From a virus (lineage: Duplodnaviria; Caudoviricetes): DNA of 64,000 nt. The position numbers and the translations under genes were made by a program. Shown piece after piece: positions 19,999 through 28,653 of this stretch (position 1 is the first letter of the stretch; every line of letters begins with the position of its first letter). The DNA lies in IMG/VR virus record IMGVR_UViG_3300034073_002120. One strand, given 5' to 3'. The notes beneath the pieces are model-generated. The model worked only from the letters and a program-made list of their open reading frames with translations. It ran no database searches and was not told the DNA's origin.

Positions 19999-21729
19999 CT
20001 ATTTAATTTTTTTCTTAACGATATAATTTCCTAATACTAATGTATCCATTTCACAATCTAAAAAAGTTTCAATTGCATCCTTTGGTGAATTTACAATTGT
20101 TTTATCTTTTAAATTGAATGATGTGTTTAGGACAATCGGGTATCCATTATCTCTTTCTAATTGATTTAATAATGAATACATTCTTTTATGTTGTCTATTA
20201 TTTAAGGTTTGAATTCTTGCAGAACCATCTACGTGAGTAATTGCCGGTAAATTATCTATATGTTCTGAATTTACTTTTACCACTTGATTCATATAGGGAA
20301 CTAATAGTTTGTAATCAAAATATTTTAATCTATCCTCTTCTTTTACGATTGGAGCAAATGGTCTAAACCCTTCTCTTTTTTTGATTACTCTATTTACCCT
20401 ACTTTTCATTTGAGGGTCTCTTGGGTTAGCAAGTATAGAACGATTACCGAGTGCTCGAGAACCAAATTCCATTCTACCTTCGTACCAACCAATAACATTT
20501 CCATCTGTAATTTCCTTAGAAATAATTGGAATAAGTTCGGAGTGATTTTTGTATTCATACCATACATCGTTTGATTGTTTATCTAATTCTTCTTTAATTT
20601 CATCATTTGAATGCCATGGGCCTAAGTATGGATTCGTATTATCAACTCTACCAGCATTTTCAGTATGAGTATAATAATATTCTAAAGCACATCCAATTGC
20701 AGAACCGGCATCAGATGGTGCAGGTGGAATCCATAATTGTTTATATGGAGATTCTTTTGTTATTTTTCCGTTTGCAGTTCCATTATATGCACACCCACCA
20801 CTTAAACACAAACTATATGATGGATTAGTTGCAAACATTTTATTTATTAAACGGAAAAAGAAATATTCATATTGTGATTGAATTGTTGCTGCTAAATCCT
20901 TATGATGTTGTTCTATCTTATCTTCTGGTAATCGATTTGGAATACCTAATAATAATCCTAATTTTTCATTAAACATAGAATTGTTTGAATAATCATATGT
21001 GAAATAATCCATATTGATTTCAAACCCACCATCTTCGGTTTCTTTAATAAGTTCTTTAAAATGTTTTGTATAAACGTTCGGATTACCATATGGTGCAAGA
21101 CCCATTACCTTATACTCACCCTCATTTGGTTTAAATCCTAAGAATGCAGTAAATGCAGAATAAATCATTCCCAACGAATGTGGAAATTTAATATTCTGAA
21201 TTTTTGTGATTTTATTATTTTCTGCAAATGCTAAAACTGTGGTTTCCCATTCCCCAACACCATCTACTGAAATGATTGCTGAACGGTCAAATGGAGATGT
21301 GTAATAAGAATACGCAATGTGAGATAAATGATGGTCTCCGTATGATAAAATTATTTTATCGTTTGTGATTTCATAAATCTTACGTTCCGTTTCTTTATAT
21401 TTTTGTTTATTTTCTTTTAGAATAGCATTACGTTTGAAGTATTGTAATAACCCACCTCTCTTAGTGGTTTCTTCGATGCGTTCTAACTTTGTTGTTGGGT
21501 TTTCATAAAACGAAACTACCGATACATCCGCACCGGTAATTTTGAATTCGTTATATAACCAATTTATTGCATTAGTGGGAAAAGAAGAATCATGTTTAAT
21601 TCCCGTAAATCTTTCTTCTTCTACTGCTCCTAAAACTTTTCCATCTTTTAATAAACATGCTGCAGAATCATGATATCCACATGCTATTCCTAAAATATAT
21701 TTATTCTTCATCATAATCTTCATCACCAC
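19999..21729 (-). CDS. Carbamoyltransferase (NodU/CmcH family)
   Basis: LGIACGYHDSAAC, EEERFTGIKHD, HHLSH, VDGVGE, GEYKVMGLAPYG, EFGSRALGNRSIL, RPFAP, LNTSFN. Confidence 0.92.
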   Translation of the reverse strand: MVMKIMMKNKYILGIACGYHDSAACLLKDGKVLGAVEEERFTGIKHDSSFPTNAINWLYNEFKITGADVSVVSFYENPTTKLERIEETTKRGGLLQYFKRNAILKENKQKYKETERKIYEITNDKIILSYGDHHLSHIAYSYYTSPFDRSAIISVDGVGEWETTVLAFAENNKITKIQNIKFPHSLGMIYSAFTAFLGFKPNEGEYKVMGLAPYGNPNVYTKHFKELIKETEDGGFEINMDYFTYDYSNNSMFNEKLGLLLGIPNRLPEDKIEQHHKDLAATIQSQYEYFFFRLINKMFATNPSYSLCLSGGCAYNGTANGKITKESPYKQLWIPPAPSDAGSAIGCALEYYYTHTENAGRVDNTNPYLGPWHSNDEIKEELDKQSNDVWYEYKNHSELIPIISKEITDGNVIGWYEGRMEFGSRALGNRSILANPRDPQMKSRVNRVIKKREGFRPFAPIVKEEDRLKYFDYKLLVPYMNQVVKVNSEHIDNLPAITHVDGSARIQTLNNRQHKRMYSLLNQLERDNGYPIVLNTSFNLKDKTIVNSPKDAIETFLDCEMDTLVLGNYIVKKKIK

Positions 21730-22459
21730 TTATTGAATCTGGCGATACCCAAAAAGGTTCATCTCTTACTGAAAAATCACCTTCTTCTAAATAATCGTTT
21801 AACATTTTTTTCTGATGTTGTTTCATTATATTTACCACTTTTGTGATATAATGAGTCTTGCAATCAGTCATTTCTCTAATAAGTAGATATAAATGTTTTT
21901 TGTTAAAATTTTCTATATAATCACTTCTACGGAATAATTCCAATACCGCATCTGCAATTTGTATATCTCTTTTTTTATTAAATATGGTTGTTAAATGTTT
22001 ATCCCAATAGGCTAACATTATATCTTTAAATTCTCTGAATTCAGTTCCTTCTTCGGTTTCGTAAAAATCATTCTCAGGATTCCAACTTTCAGGCATTTCA
22101 GAAATTAAAGCATTTTGTTTCCAACGTTTGTAGTTTCCGTTGTTTTTTAGAATCAAATGATTCTTTGCAATGATGGTAAAATAAGAGAATGCTCTACCCT
22201 TACCTTCTTTATACATATGCATTTTTTCTACCATAGTAGAAACTACTTCCATTTGTATATCCTTTTTAGATACATCAAAATATGAAAACTTAAATGTATT
22301 TAATACGTTTTCTGCTAACTTTTCAAAAGGATATTTAATTCTTTCTTCGTAAATTTTAGAACGTTTTACGGGGTCTTTACATTTATTGTATTCTACTATT
22401 GCATCTTGTGCAGGTGTTCCAAAATATACTTTATCTTTTGGTTTTCTTGTTTTTGCCAT
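21701..22459 (-). CDS. RNA polymerase sigma factor, T4 gp55-like (late transcription)
   Basis: GRAFSYFTIIAKN region-2-like motif; C-terminal HTH-like segment. Confidence 0.7.
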   Translation of the reverse strand: MAKTRKPKDKVYFGTPAQDAIVEYNKCKDPVKRSKIYEERIKYPFEKLAENVLNTFKFSYFDVSKKDIQMEVVSTMVEKMHMYKEGKGRAFSYFTIIAKNHLILKNNGNYKRWKQNALISEMPESWNPENDFYETEEGTEFREFKDIMLAYWDKHLTTIFNKKRDIQIADAVLELFRRSDYIENFNKKHLYLLIREMTDCKTHYITKVVNIMKQHQKKMLNDYLEEGDFSVRDEPFWVSPDSISGDEDYDEE

Positions 22460-22460
22460 A

Positions 22461-22718
22461 TTAAATTATTTCATTTAGATTTTCAACAACATCTTTGATT
22501 TCTTTGAAAACCACTCCAACTTCATCATCGGATTCAAATGAACCTTTTAAATCTGCATCTCTCAATGCTTCTAATGCAGTTTCTACTTTTGTTTTAACAT
22601 CTCTAAGAGTTTCGGTAAGTGTATCTTCTAACTCTTCATTTTGATTCAGTAAATTTCTTACTCCTACAATAAGTGCAATATTTAGAATTGCAGATATTGA
22701 TAATATTATATAAATCAT
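22461..22718 (-). CDS. Small membrane-anchored coiled-coil protein
   Basis: N-terminal hydrophobic helix. Confidence 0.55.
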   Translation of the reverse strand: MIYIILSISAILNIALIVGVRNLLNQNEELEDTLTETLRDVKTKVETALEALRDADLKGSFESDDEVGVVFKEIKDVVENLNEII

Positions 22719-22730
22719 ATTTTTTGATTT

Positions 22731-22985
22731 TTATGCTTCACCCATCGGTCCGAAATAATTCATCATAGGTGTTTCATCTTCGGATGGTGGATTCATTTGG
22801 TTTTTTAATTGTTCTTCAATTATCTTCGCGTTTCTATCAATTTTACCTTTGATGTCATCAAAACTACAAACTCCATTTTCAATTAAAATATTGATTAGAG
22901 CATCAATTATAAAACTATGATTTACAATTGTTTGTTCTAACATTTTAATATGTTCTTTTTTAGATAGTTTCTTTTCTGAGCTCAT
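22731..22985 (-). CDS. Hypothetical protein
   Basis: 84-aa ORF in operon. Confidence 0.55.
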   Translation of the reverse strand: MSSEKKLSKKEHIKMLEQTIVNHSFIIDALINILIENGVCSFDDIKGKIDRNAKIIEEQLKNQMNPPSEDETPMMNYFGPMGEA

Positions 22986-23208
22986 TGATTAAATCTTCAA
23001 AGGTTTTACGCTCTTCATCGGTTTCGATAAAGGCTTTATTTATAGTTTCGTGATGATAGCCTAAAGCCGATGCCATTCTAATACATATCGTTTTGTATTC
23101 AAAAATTGTCATATCATCCGGCACTGTTAGTTCTATATTCGATGCCTCTCTATAATCATCTGCATCGATAGTAAATGTAAATTTAGCCATATTATACAAT
23201 CTCTGCAC
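22960..23208 (-). CDS. Hypothetical protein
   Basis: 82-aa ORF, likely start MAKFTF. Confidence 0.55.
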   Translation of the reverse strand: MQRLYNMAKFTFTIDADDYREASNIELTVPDDMTIFEYKTICIRMASALGYHHETINKAFIETDEERKTFEDLINELRKETI

Positions 23209-23809
23209 CTAACTCTAAGAATGGTTGTGCTTTTTTATATTTCATAAATTCGGTTTTCCCATCTGGTAATTTAACCATAACCATTTCATTTCTACCATAA
23301 GTTTTAGGAGCAATGTATGTAGTTGTATATCTACGTTCTGGGTTTGTAATAAGAATACCATCTAAGTGGTCGATTTCATGTTGTGCACATACACACTCCA
23401 TTAAACCAGCATCACCAAAGAATTCATCTGCATCTTTCCAATCGTTGAATTGATTATCTGCTTTAAATTCTACAACACCTAAGTTGTCGGTTTCTACTAA
23501 AATTCGTTTTGAACGAACTGTTTTAACTGGACTTTTTAATGTCTTATCGATTGATAAACATTGCTCTACATAGGCAACAGCATCTTCTGAGCGTTCTATG
23601 ATTGTTGGGTTGATTAAAACTAACGGCTCGATTACCTTAATTATACATGCACGAACATCCAAACCTAATTGATTAGCAGATAATCCAATACCACCGTGTT
23701 TTTCTAATTCAGTAGTAAGGGTTTCAGTAATCTTTTGAATTTCTTCAGCAGATAATTTTGAAGGTTTAATCGGTTTAGATAGTTTAAGTTTGTCTTTTAC
23801 AATTTGCAT
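23192..23809 (-). CDS. def: Peptide deformylase with C-terminal extension
   Basis: GIGLSANQLG, EQCLS, QHEIDHLDGIL. Confidence 0.9.
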   Translation of the reverse strand: MQIVKDKLKLSKPIKPSKLSAEEIQKITETLTTELEKHGGIGLSANQLGLDVRACIIKVIEPLVLINPTIIERSEDAVAYVEQCLSIDKTLKSPVKTVRSKRILVETDNLGVVEFKADNQFNDWKDADEFFGDAGLMECVCAQHEIDHLDGILITNPERRYTTTYIAPKTYGRNEMVMVKLPDGKTEFMKYKKAQPFLELGAEIV

Positions 23810-23819
23810 GATATTATTT

Positions 23820-24011
23820 TTATTTATTTGTATAAGGATTTATGTAATTCGGTTTAAAATATTCATCAGTATATTCCACATTATCTGGAAATATTGAATG
23901 GGTTTCTTTGATTTGTTCGTTGAAAATTCTTCTAATTTTTTCACCCAATTCCGCATTGTTAGGTGTATCTTTTATTAGTGATACGGGAATTGTTATTGTG
24001 TCATTACTCAT
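23820..24011 (-). CDS. Hypothetical protein
   Basis: 63-aa ORF behind promoter 24041. Confidence 0.5.
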   Translation of the reverse strand: MSNDTITIPVSLIKDTPNNAELGEKIRRIFNEQIKETHSIFPDNVEYTDEYFKPNYINPYTNK

Positions 24012-24040
24012 AAAATATTTATTATTTGGTTATTGTTATG

Positions 24041-24073
24041 TAAAGATACGAAAATATTTTCATAATTCCAAAT
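24041..24073 (-). promoter_or_regulatory. Bacteroidota-type early promoter
   Basis: ATTTGGAAT...TTCGTATCTTTA, 33-bp span. Confidence 0.75.
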
Positions 24074-25030
24074 TTATTTCCAATTAAAATTATTACCCAT
24101 ATGTCCCCATTTGGATGTTTCTGCGTAAGATATATTTCGTAAATCTAAAAAATCAATAATTCCATTTGGTGATAAGTCATATCCTTGTACCTCATACAAT
24201 CGAAGACCGGTTTCAACATTTATACCACTATCATTTCCTTTTATTCTTGCTTGAATAGGTTGTGTTTGGTTATTAGAATAACTTAATTCCACTAATGCGT
24301 ATTGTAATCCATATTGTTTCAAAGAATCAACAGCTATTCTTCTAGCCATATATCCTGCACATCTATCTAATTTAGTAGCATCTTTTCCACTATACGAACC
24401 ACCACCTAACGGAATTCTGGGACCATAATTATCAATTACATTTTGTTTACCTGATGCACCTACTCCATTTATCAACCCACCATTAGACCAATCACCATTT
24501 GAATTACAATATAATTTATTCAGATGAAAATTTGTAGTATCAAAATATTCTTTTATAATTGTTTCCAATTCTAATGTGGTAGTATTTTCAAACGATGCCA
24601 CAACATCTACCCAATCTCCATTTATTGTGATTTGAGTTTTACCTTCAAACGGAAATTGTGTATAAATAAATTTATTTAATTCACGAGTATAATGATATTC
24701 AAAAGGTAAGTAAGTTTCAGTCTCTTTGGTTGCGTAACCTATCGATATTCCAAATTTATTTATATGAGAAATTTTATTAATATTCTTTAATACAATATTA
24801 ACGTTTTCTATATTAGAAATGTTATAAACAATTTCAATTATTTCTGAATCAGATAAATGTCCATCACTTGCAACTTCTCCAATAATATTTAAAACACCAA
24901 ATCCACCACTCACTTGAATATTACATTGCGTGTACGGGTCTTGTTCTAAATATTTATCAAATATTGTGTCAGATATAATATCACACAATTTATCTGGATG
25001 TTTAGGTGATATGAATTCTGATGTTCTCAT
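24074..25030 (-). CDS. metK: S-adenosylmethionine synthetase homolog with degenerate active site
   Basis: HPDKLCD, GYATKET, GKTQIT, GGGSYSGKDATKLDR; GAGDQG motif absent. Confidence 0.8.
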   Translation of the reverse strand: MRTSEFISPKHPDKLCDIISDTIFDKYLEQDPYTQCNIQVSGGFGVLNIIGEVASDGHLSDSEIIEIVYNISNIENVNIVLKNINKISHINKFGISIGYATKETETYLPFEYHYTRELNKFIYTQFPFEGKTQITINGDWVDVVASFENTTTLELETIIKEYFDTTNFHLNKLYCNSNGDWSNGGLINGVGASGKQNVIDNYGPRIPLGGGSYSGKDATKLDRCAGYMARRIAVDSLKQYGLQYALVELSYSNNQTQPIQARIKGNDSGINVETGLRLYEVQGYDLSPNGIIDFLDLRNISYAETSKWGHMGNNFNWK

Positions 25031-25272
25031 TTAAATTTATTTAACGTTTTTTCGTTAGTTTTTGTTTTCGTTTTCTTTGCCTCTTTATTTTGTTTTTCTA
25101 TAACTTTCATTCTAGCAAAATAGGCTGGTTTCCATTTATACTCTACTGATATTGGACCATTTGGAAATTTCTTTTTATCATATTTCCAAATTGATATAGA
25201 TTCATCGTCTTCGTAGGTATATTCAAATTTGGTAGGTTTATCCTTCATCGAAGGTTCTGGTCTCTTTGCCAT
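25027..25272 (-). CDS. Hypothetical protein
   Basis: 81-aa ORF, ATGA overlap. Confidence 0.55.
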   Translation of the reverse strand: MAKRPEPSMKDKPTKFEYTYEDDESISIWKYDKKKFPNGPISVEYKWKPAYFARMKVIEKQNKEAKKTKTKTNEKTLNKFK

Positions 25273-25280
25273 AACTTAAA

Positions 25281-26456
25281 TTAAAATGAAAAAAATTTAT
25301 TTATTGTTTCCTTATCAACTCTACTCTCCTTTCGCATCTCATCAATTGGTTTTAGTAATTCATCATATCCATCTATTGGTTCACCAACATACTCATGACA
25401 ATATGATGCTCGTTGATACATTGTCTTATACACCTCTGAATGGTCATTATTATCGTTTCTAATCTTTCCGTTAAATAAAGTAGGTTTCCAACTTTCGGTA
25501 TGAATATTTCGATAAATACCCAACGCAGGATTGATAGTTTTAGTGTAATACTTTGCATGCATATTTTTAAGAATACCACCACTCCATTCAGATATTTTAC
25601 TACCAATACTCATTCCTTGATAATCTGGATGAACTACGATTCTACTTTCTCTGAATACTTTGAATCCACCATTCTTACCCAAATGTCTTCCAATTACATT
25701 TATTGCTACAGGTTTATCGTTCCATTCAAATAGAAGATAGATGTAGGTTTTGTTTGCGTTTTGTGTTAGATAATGATGTTCTTTGAAGAAGTCCCAAGCT
25801 TCAGGTTCAACCCTACTAACTGATAAAGTGATTTCCGGTCTCCCTTGCCGAAGATAGTCAGGTCTTTCGAACCCGCCTCCTTTTGATGGTGAATATATCC
25901 AATCCGGCATTATCCACTCCATAATATCAAAGTGACAGGATGCTAAGATAATCTTTTTTCCTTCCCTACGAATGTATTTTTGTAATGCGAAACTCATTGC
26001 CTTTGCAACATCTCTATCAACAACCGATGTGTATTCATCAATTAAAATAGTATCACCATCTTTTGCAGATGAAACTAAATATGCAAGATATGCACGATAT
26101 TGTTCTCCATTACTTAATAAACGAAACGGTCTTAACCAAGTGGGAACTGATGATAATCCTATCGATGTTAGGACTCTTGTTGCCTCTTCTGGTTCTAACC
26201 AATCAAAATTAGATATAAGTGGTTTATCTTCATCAAACTTAACATCTTTACTACCACCCAATTCTTTTAATATAGTTGATTTACCACTACCACTTCCGCC
26301 ATATATGACACCAATATTCCAATCAAACGAATTTAATCCATCTAAATTCATAGGAATTGTAACTTGTGTTTCTTCTCTATTTTGTATATCAAACGCATTA
26401 TACACATATTCGGTGTATTTATCGTTTTGTATTTTAGATGTAAGTGTGATATTCAT
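25281..26456 (-). CDS. ABC-type ATPase fused to GNAT acetyltransferase (COG2401-like)
   Basis: GGSGSGKST, LSNGE, IDEYTSVVDR, then SRIVVHPDYQGMSIG. Confidence 0.85.
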   Translation of the reverse strand: MNITLTSKIQNDKYTEYVYNAFDIQNREETQVTIPMNLDGLNSFDWNIGVIYGGSGSGKSTILKELGGSKDVKFDEDKPLISNFDWLEPEEATRVLTSIGLSSVPTWLRPFRLLSNGEQYRAYLAYLVSSAKDGDTILIDEYTSVVDRDVAKAMSFALQKYIRREGKKIILASCHFDIMEWIMPDWIYSPSKGGGFERPDYLRQGRPEITLSVSRVEPEAWDFFKEHHYLTQNANKTYIYLLFEWNDKPVAINVIGRHLGKNGGFKVFRESRIVVHPDYQGMSIGSKISEWSGGILKNMHAKYYTKTINPALGIYRNIHTESWKPTLFNGKIRNDNNDHSEVYKTMYQRASYCHEYVGEPIDGYDELLKPIDEMRKESRVDKETINKFFSF

Positions 26457-26457
26457 A

Positions 26458-27684
26458 TTAGTTACTTAGGGGTGCTTTAATTTTTGGATGTGAGGTATAT
26501 CCAACTAATTCAAAACAATCTGGTCTATAACTCATAATCTTTTCATCAAATGTTTTAGGACCTAAATGTTCTTTTACTTTGTGATGTAAATACCAATTTC
26601 GTTCGGTGATATTTACTGATGGTAATTCATAAGGTTCTCTTGTTCGTTTAGGTACTCCTGCCGAATCGAAATAGACCCCTTTAGCATAATCAGATTGTTC
26701 ATCAATATTATCACAAACATCACGATTCGGCTTATGATTTTCAAACCACCAATGCATTCGTTCTTCCAAAGTTAATTCTCTACCAATTTGTTCTTTAGCT
26801 TGTTCAATATGGTTTGAATACAAATGAACATCACCTAAATTACCAATCAACTCATCAGGTATCATATTTACCTCCTTTGCAATAATTTCTAATAACAAAC
26901 CATATGATGCAATATTGAATGGTAATCCTAAAAATGTATCTACACTTCGTTGATTCCACATTAGGGAGATTGCTCTTTTAGGAACTGGATATAATTCATC
27001 AATTTCTTCGTGGTCACCTCTATGAAAATCAAAAGGTTCAAATACTTTATAAGTTTTAGACGCTAACTCCAATCGTTCCTCAATACTTAACTCTCTCGTA
27101 TAAACTTGAAATCCATAATGACAAGGTGGAAGAACCATTGACTCTAATGCACCAACATTCCAAGCACTAACCATCAATCTTCTACTATCGGGATTTGTTT
27201 TTAAATCATTGATTAGGTTTGCAATTTGGTCAATTGGATTTGGGTTTAAATCCCAATCCCATCCTCTCCATTGTTTACCATAAATTGGACCTAAATCACC
27301 CCAACGTTGGGCAAACTTTTCATCGGTTTTGATTTGTTGAATGAACTCCGATTGTGACCAAATAGCCTTTGAAGGTACATATGGTGGTTCATCTCTAAAA
27401 TTTATTTCATAATTTTTATATGCATCACCATCCCAAATGTGACAATCGTAATCTAATAGGAATTTGATGTTAGTATCTCCTCTTAAAAACCATAGGAGTT
27501 CGGCAACCATAACATTCCACGCCATTTTTTTTGTGGTTAATAATGGAAATCCCTCACTCATTTTATGACGAATCTGTCTACCAAAAACAGAAATAGTGCC
27601 AGTTCCGGTTCTATCTCCTTTTTCTACTCCATTATCTAATATGTCTTGTAATAATGCTTGATATGATTTATCTAAGTTGTTCAT
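26458..27684 (-). CDS. thyA: Thymidylate synthase with two insertions
   Basis: DRTGTGT, ELLWFLRG, PDSRRLMVSAWN, LPPCH, QRSVDTFLGLPFN. Confidence 0.95.
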   Translation of the reverse strand: MNNLDKSYQALLQDILDNGVEKGDRTGTGTISVFGRQIRHKMSEGFPLLTTKKMAWNVMVAELLWFLRGDTNIKFLLDYDCHIWDGDAYKNYEINFRDEPPYVPSKAIWSQSEFIQQIKTDEKFAQRWGDLGPIYGKQWRGWDWDLNPNPIDQIANLINDLKTNPDSRRLMVSAWNVGALESMVLPPCHYGFQVYTRELSIEERLELASKTYKVFEPFDFHRGDHEEIDELYPVPKRAISLMWNQRSVDTFLGLPFNIASYGLLLEIIAKEVNMIPDELIGNLGDVHLYSNHIEQAKEQIGRELTLEERMHWWFENHKPNRDVCDNIDEQSDYAKGVYFDSAGVPKRTREPYELPSVNITERNWYLHHKVKEHLGPKTFDEKIMSYRPDCFELVGYTSHPKIKAPLSN

Positions 27685-28108
27685 ATGATTTTAATCTTTT
27701 TTGATTATCAATTTTATCTTCAACTGAATATCTTTCTTTGAATGCAATGATTCGGTGAAATTCTTTATACGCAGATGGATGGGTTTCTTTTAATCTATCT
27801 AACCCATATTCGTATTCAAAAAGAATATCTTCATATCTTTGTTCTTTATTAGAAAATCCCTTTTCTTGTGTTTCCAATTCCGATTGTAGTTCGTTGATTA
27901 CACTTTGTAAAGAATCTATTTTTTGTAATGATGACATATAACTACCTTCTGCCTTTGTTATATTTTCTTTATTGTGATTTATACTAAAACCAAGTGCTAA
28001 TAACAATATTGAAACAAATAATATTATTGGTGAATATCTTAAAAAATTATCCATATTATTTAACCGATAAAACTTTGTTAAAATTAAACATTCTCCAACC
28101 TTGCACAT
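27668..28108 (-). CDS. Membrane-anchored coiled-coil protein
   Basis: Hydrophobic helix then coiled coil; likely start MDNFLRY. Confidence 0.55.
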   Translation of the reverse strand: MCKVGECLILTKFYRLNNMDNFLRYSPIILFVSILLLALGFSINHNKENITKAEGSYMSSLQKIDSLQSVINELQSELETQEKGFSNKEQRYEDILFEYEYGLDRLKETHPSAYKEFHRIIAFKERYSVEDKIDNQKRLKSYEQLR

Positions 28109-28394
28109 CTAAATCCCAAACAGTAATATTATCATTTGATAATACATTACCATTTGCATCAGTTTGTGCAACTTTGTTTCCTTTTGGGTGATATTCTTCT
28201 GGAATACTTATCATCTTTTGGGTACAATTCATTACTCTTTCTTCACCATTTGCTTTGATAAATTTAACCTCAACTGATTCCAATTGTAATTTATCTACTA
28301 ATTCTTGTTTTGTAATTTGTAACATATTTTTTATTTTACGATTATGTATTCGGAATTTTTGTATTCTTTTTTTGCTATGTAATCTAAATCCCAA
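28056..28394 (-). CDS. WYL_2/DUF2693-like SH3-fold protein
   Basis: VKFIKANGEERVMNCT...VWDLDVQGWRMF. Confidence 0.7.
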   Translation of the reverse strand: MGFRLHSKKRIQKFRIHNRKIKNMLQITKQELVDKLQLESVEVKFIKANGEERVMNCTQKMISIPEEYHPKGNKVAQTDANGNVLSNDNITVWDLDVQGWRMFNFNKVLSVK

Positions 28395-28615
28395 TTATTG
28401 ATAATCTCTTCTGCTTGTGATTTATGTTGAAATGGAAATGCTCCACTTACCCATACTTTAATTGGTAAATAAAAATAGTTTGTTTTATACCAAACTTTTC
28501 GTTGTGGTAAGTAATAACGTGTTCCATTGTCTACCCAAGTCTCAATACGATATTTTGGTTTACCTTCTACTGTCATCACTCCCAATAACAATAGCACTAA
28601 TAATAGTTTTTTCAT
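28331..28615 (-). CDS. Secreted/membrane hypothetical protein
   Basis: Signal peptide MKKLLLVLLLLG. Confidence 0.55.
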   Translation of the reverse strand: MKKLLLVLLLLGVMTVEGKPKYRIETWVDNGTRYYLPQRKVWYKTNYFYLPIKVWVSGAFPFQHKSQAEEIINNWDLDYIAKKEYKNSEYIIVK

Positions 28616-28620
28616 TAAAT

Positions 28621-28653
28621 TAAAGATACGAATTATTTTCTATATTTCCAAAT
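28621..28653 (-). promoter_or_regulatory. Bacteroidota-type early promoter
   Basis: ATTTGGAAA...TTCGTATCTTTA. Confidence 0.75.

Noticed and set aside
26458-27684. Inteins in ThyA
   Set aside because: The insertions are ~40 aa and lack Cys1/His-Asn motifs.
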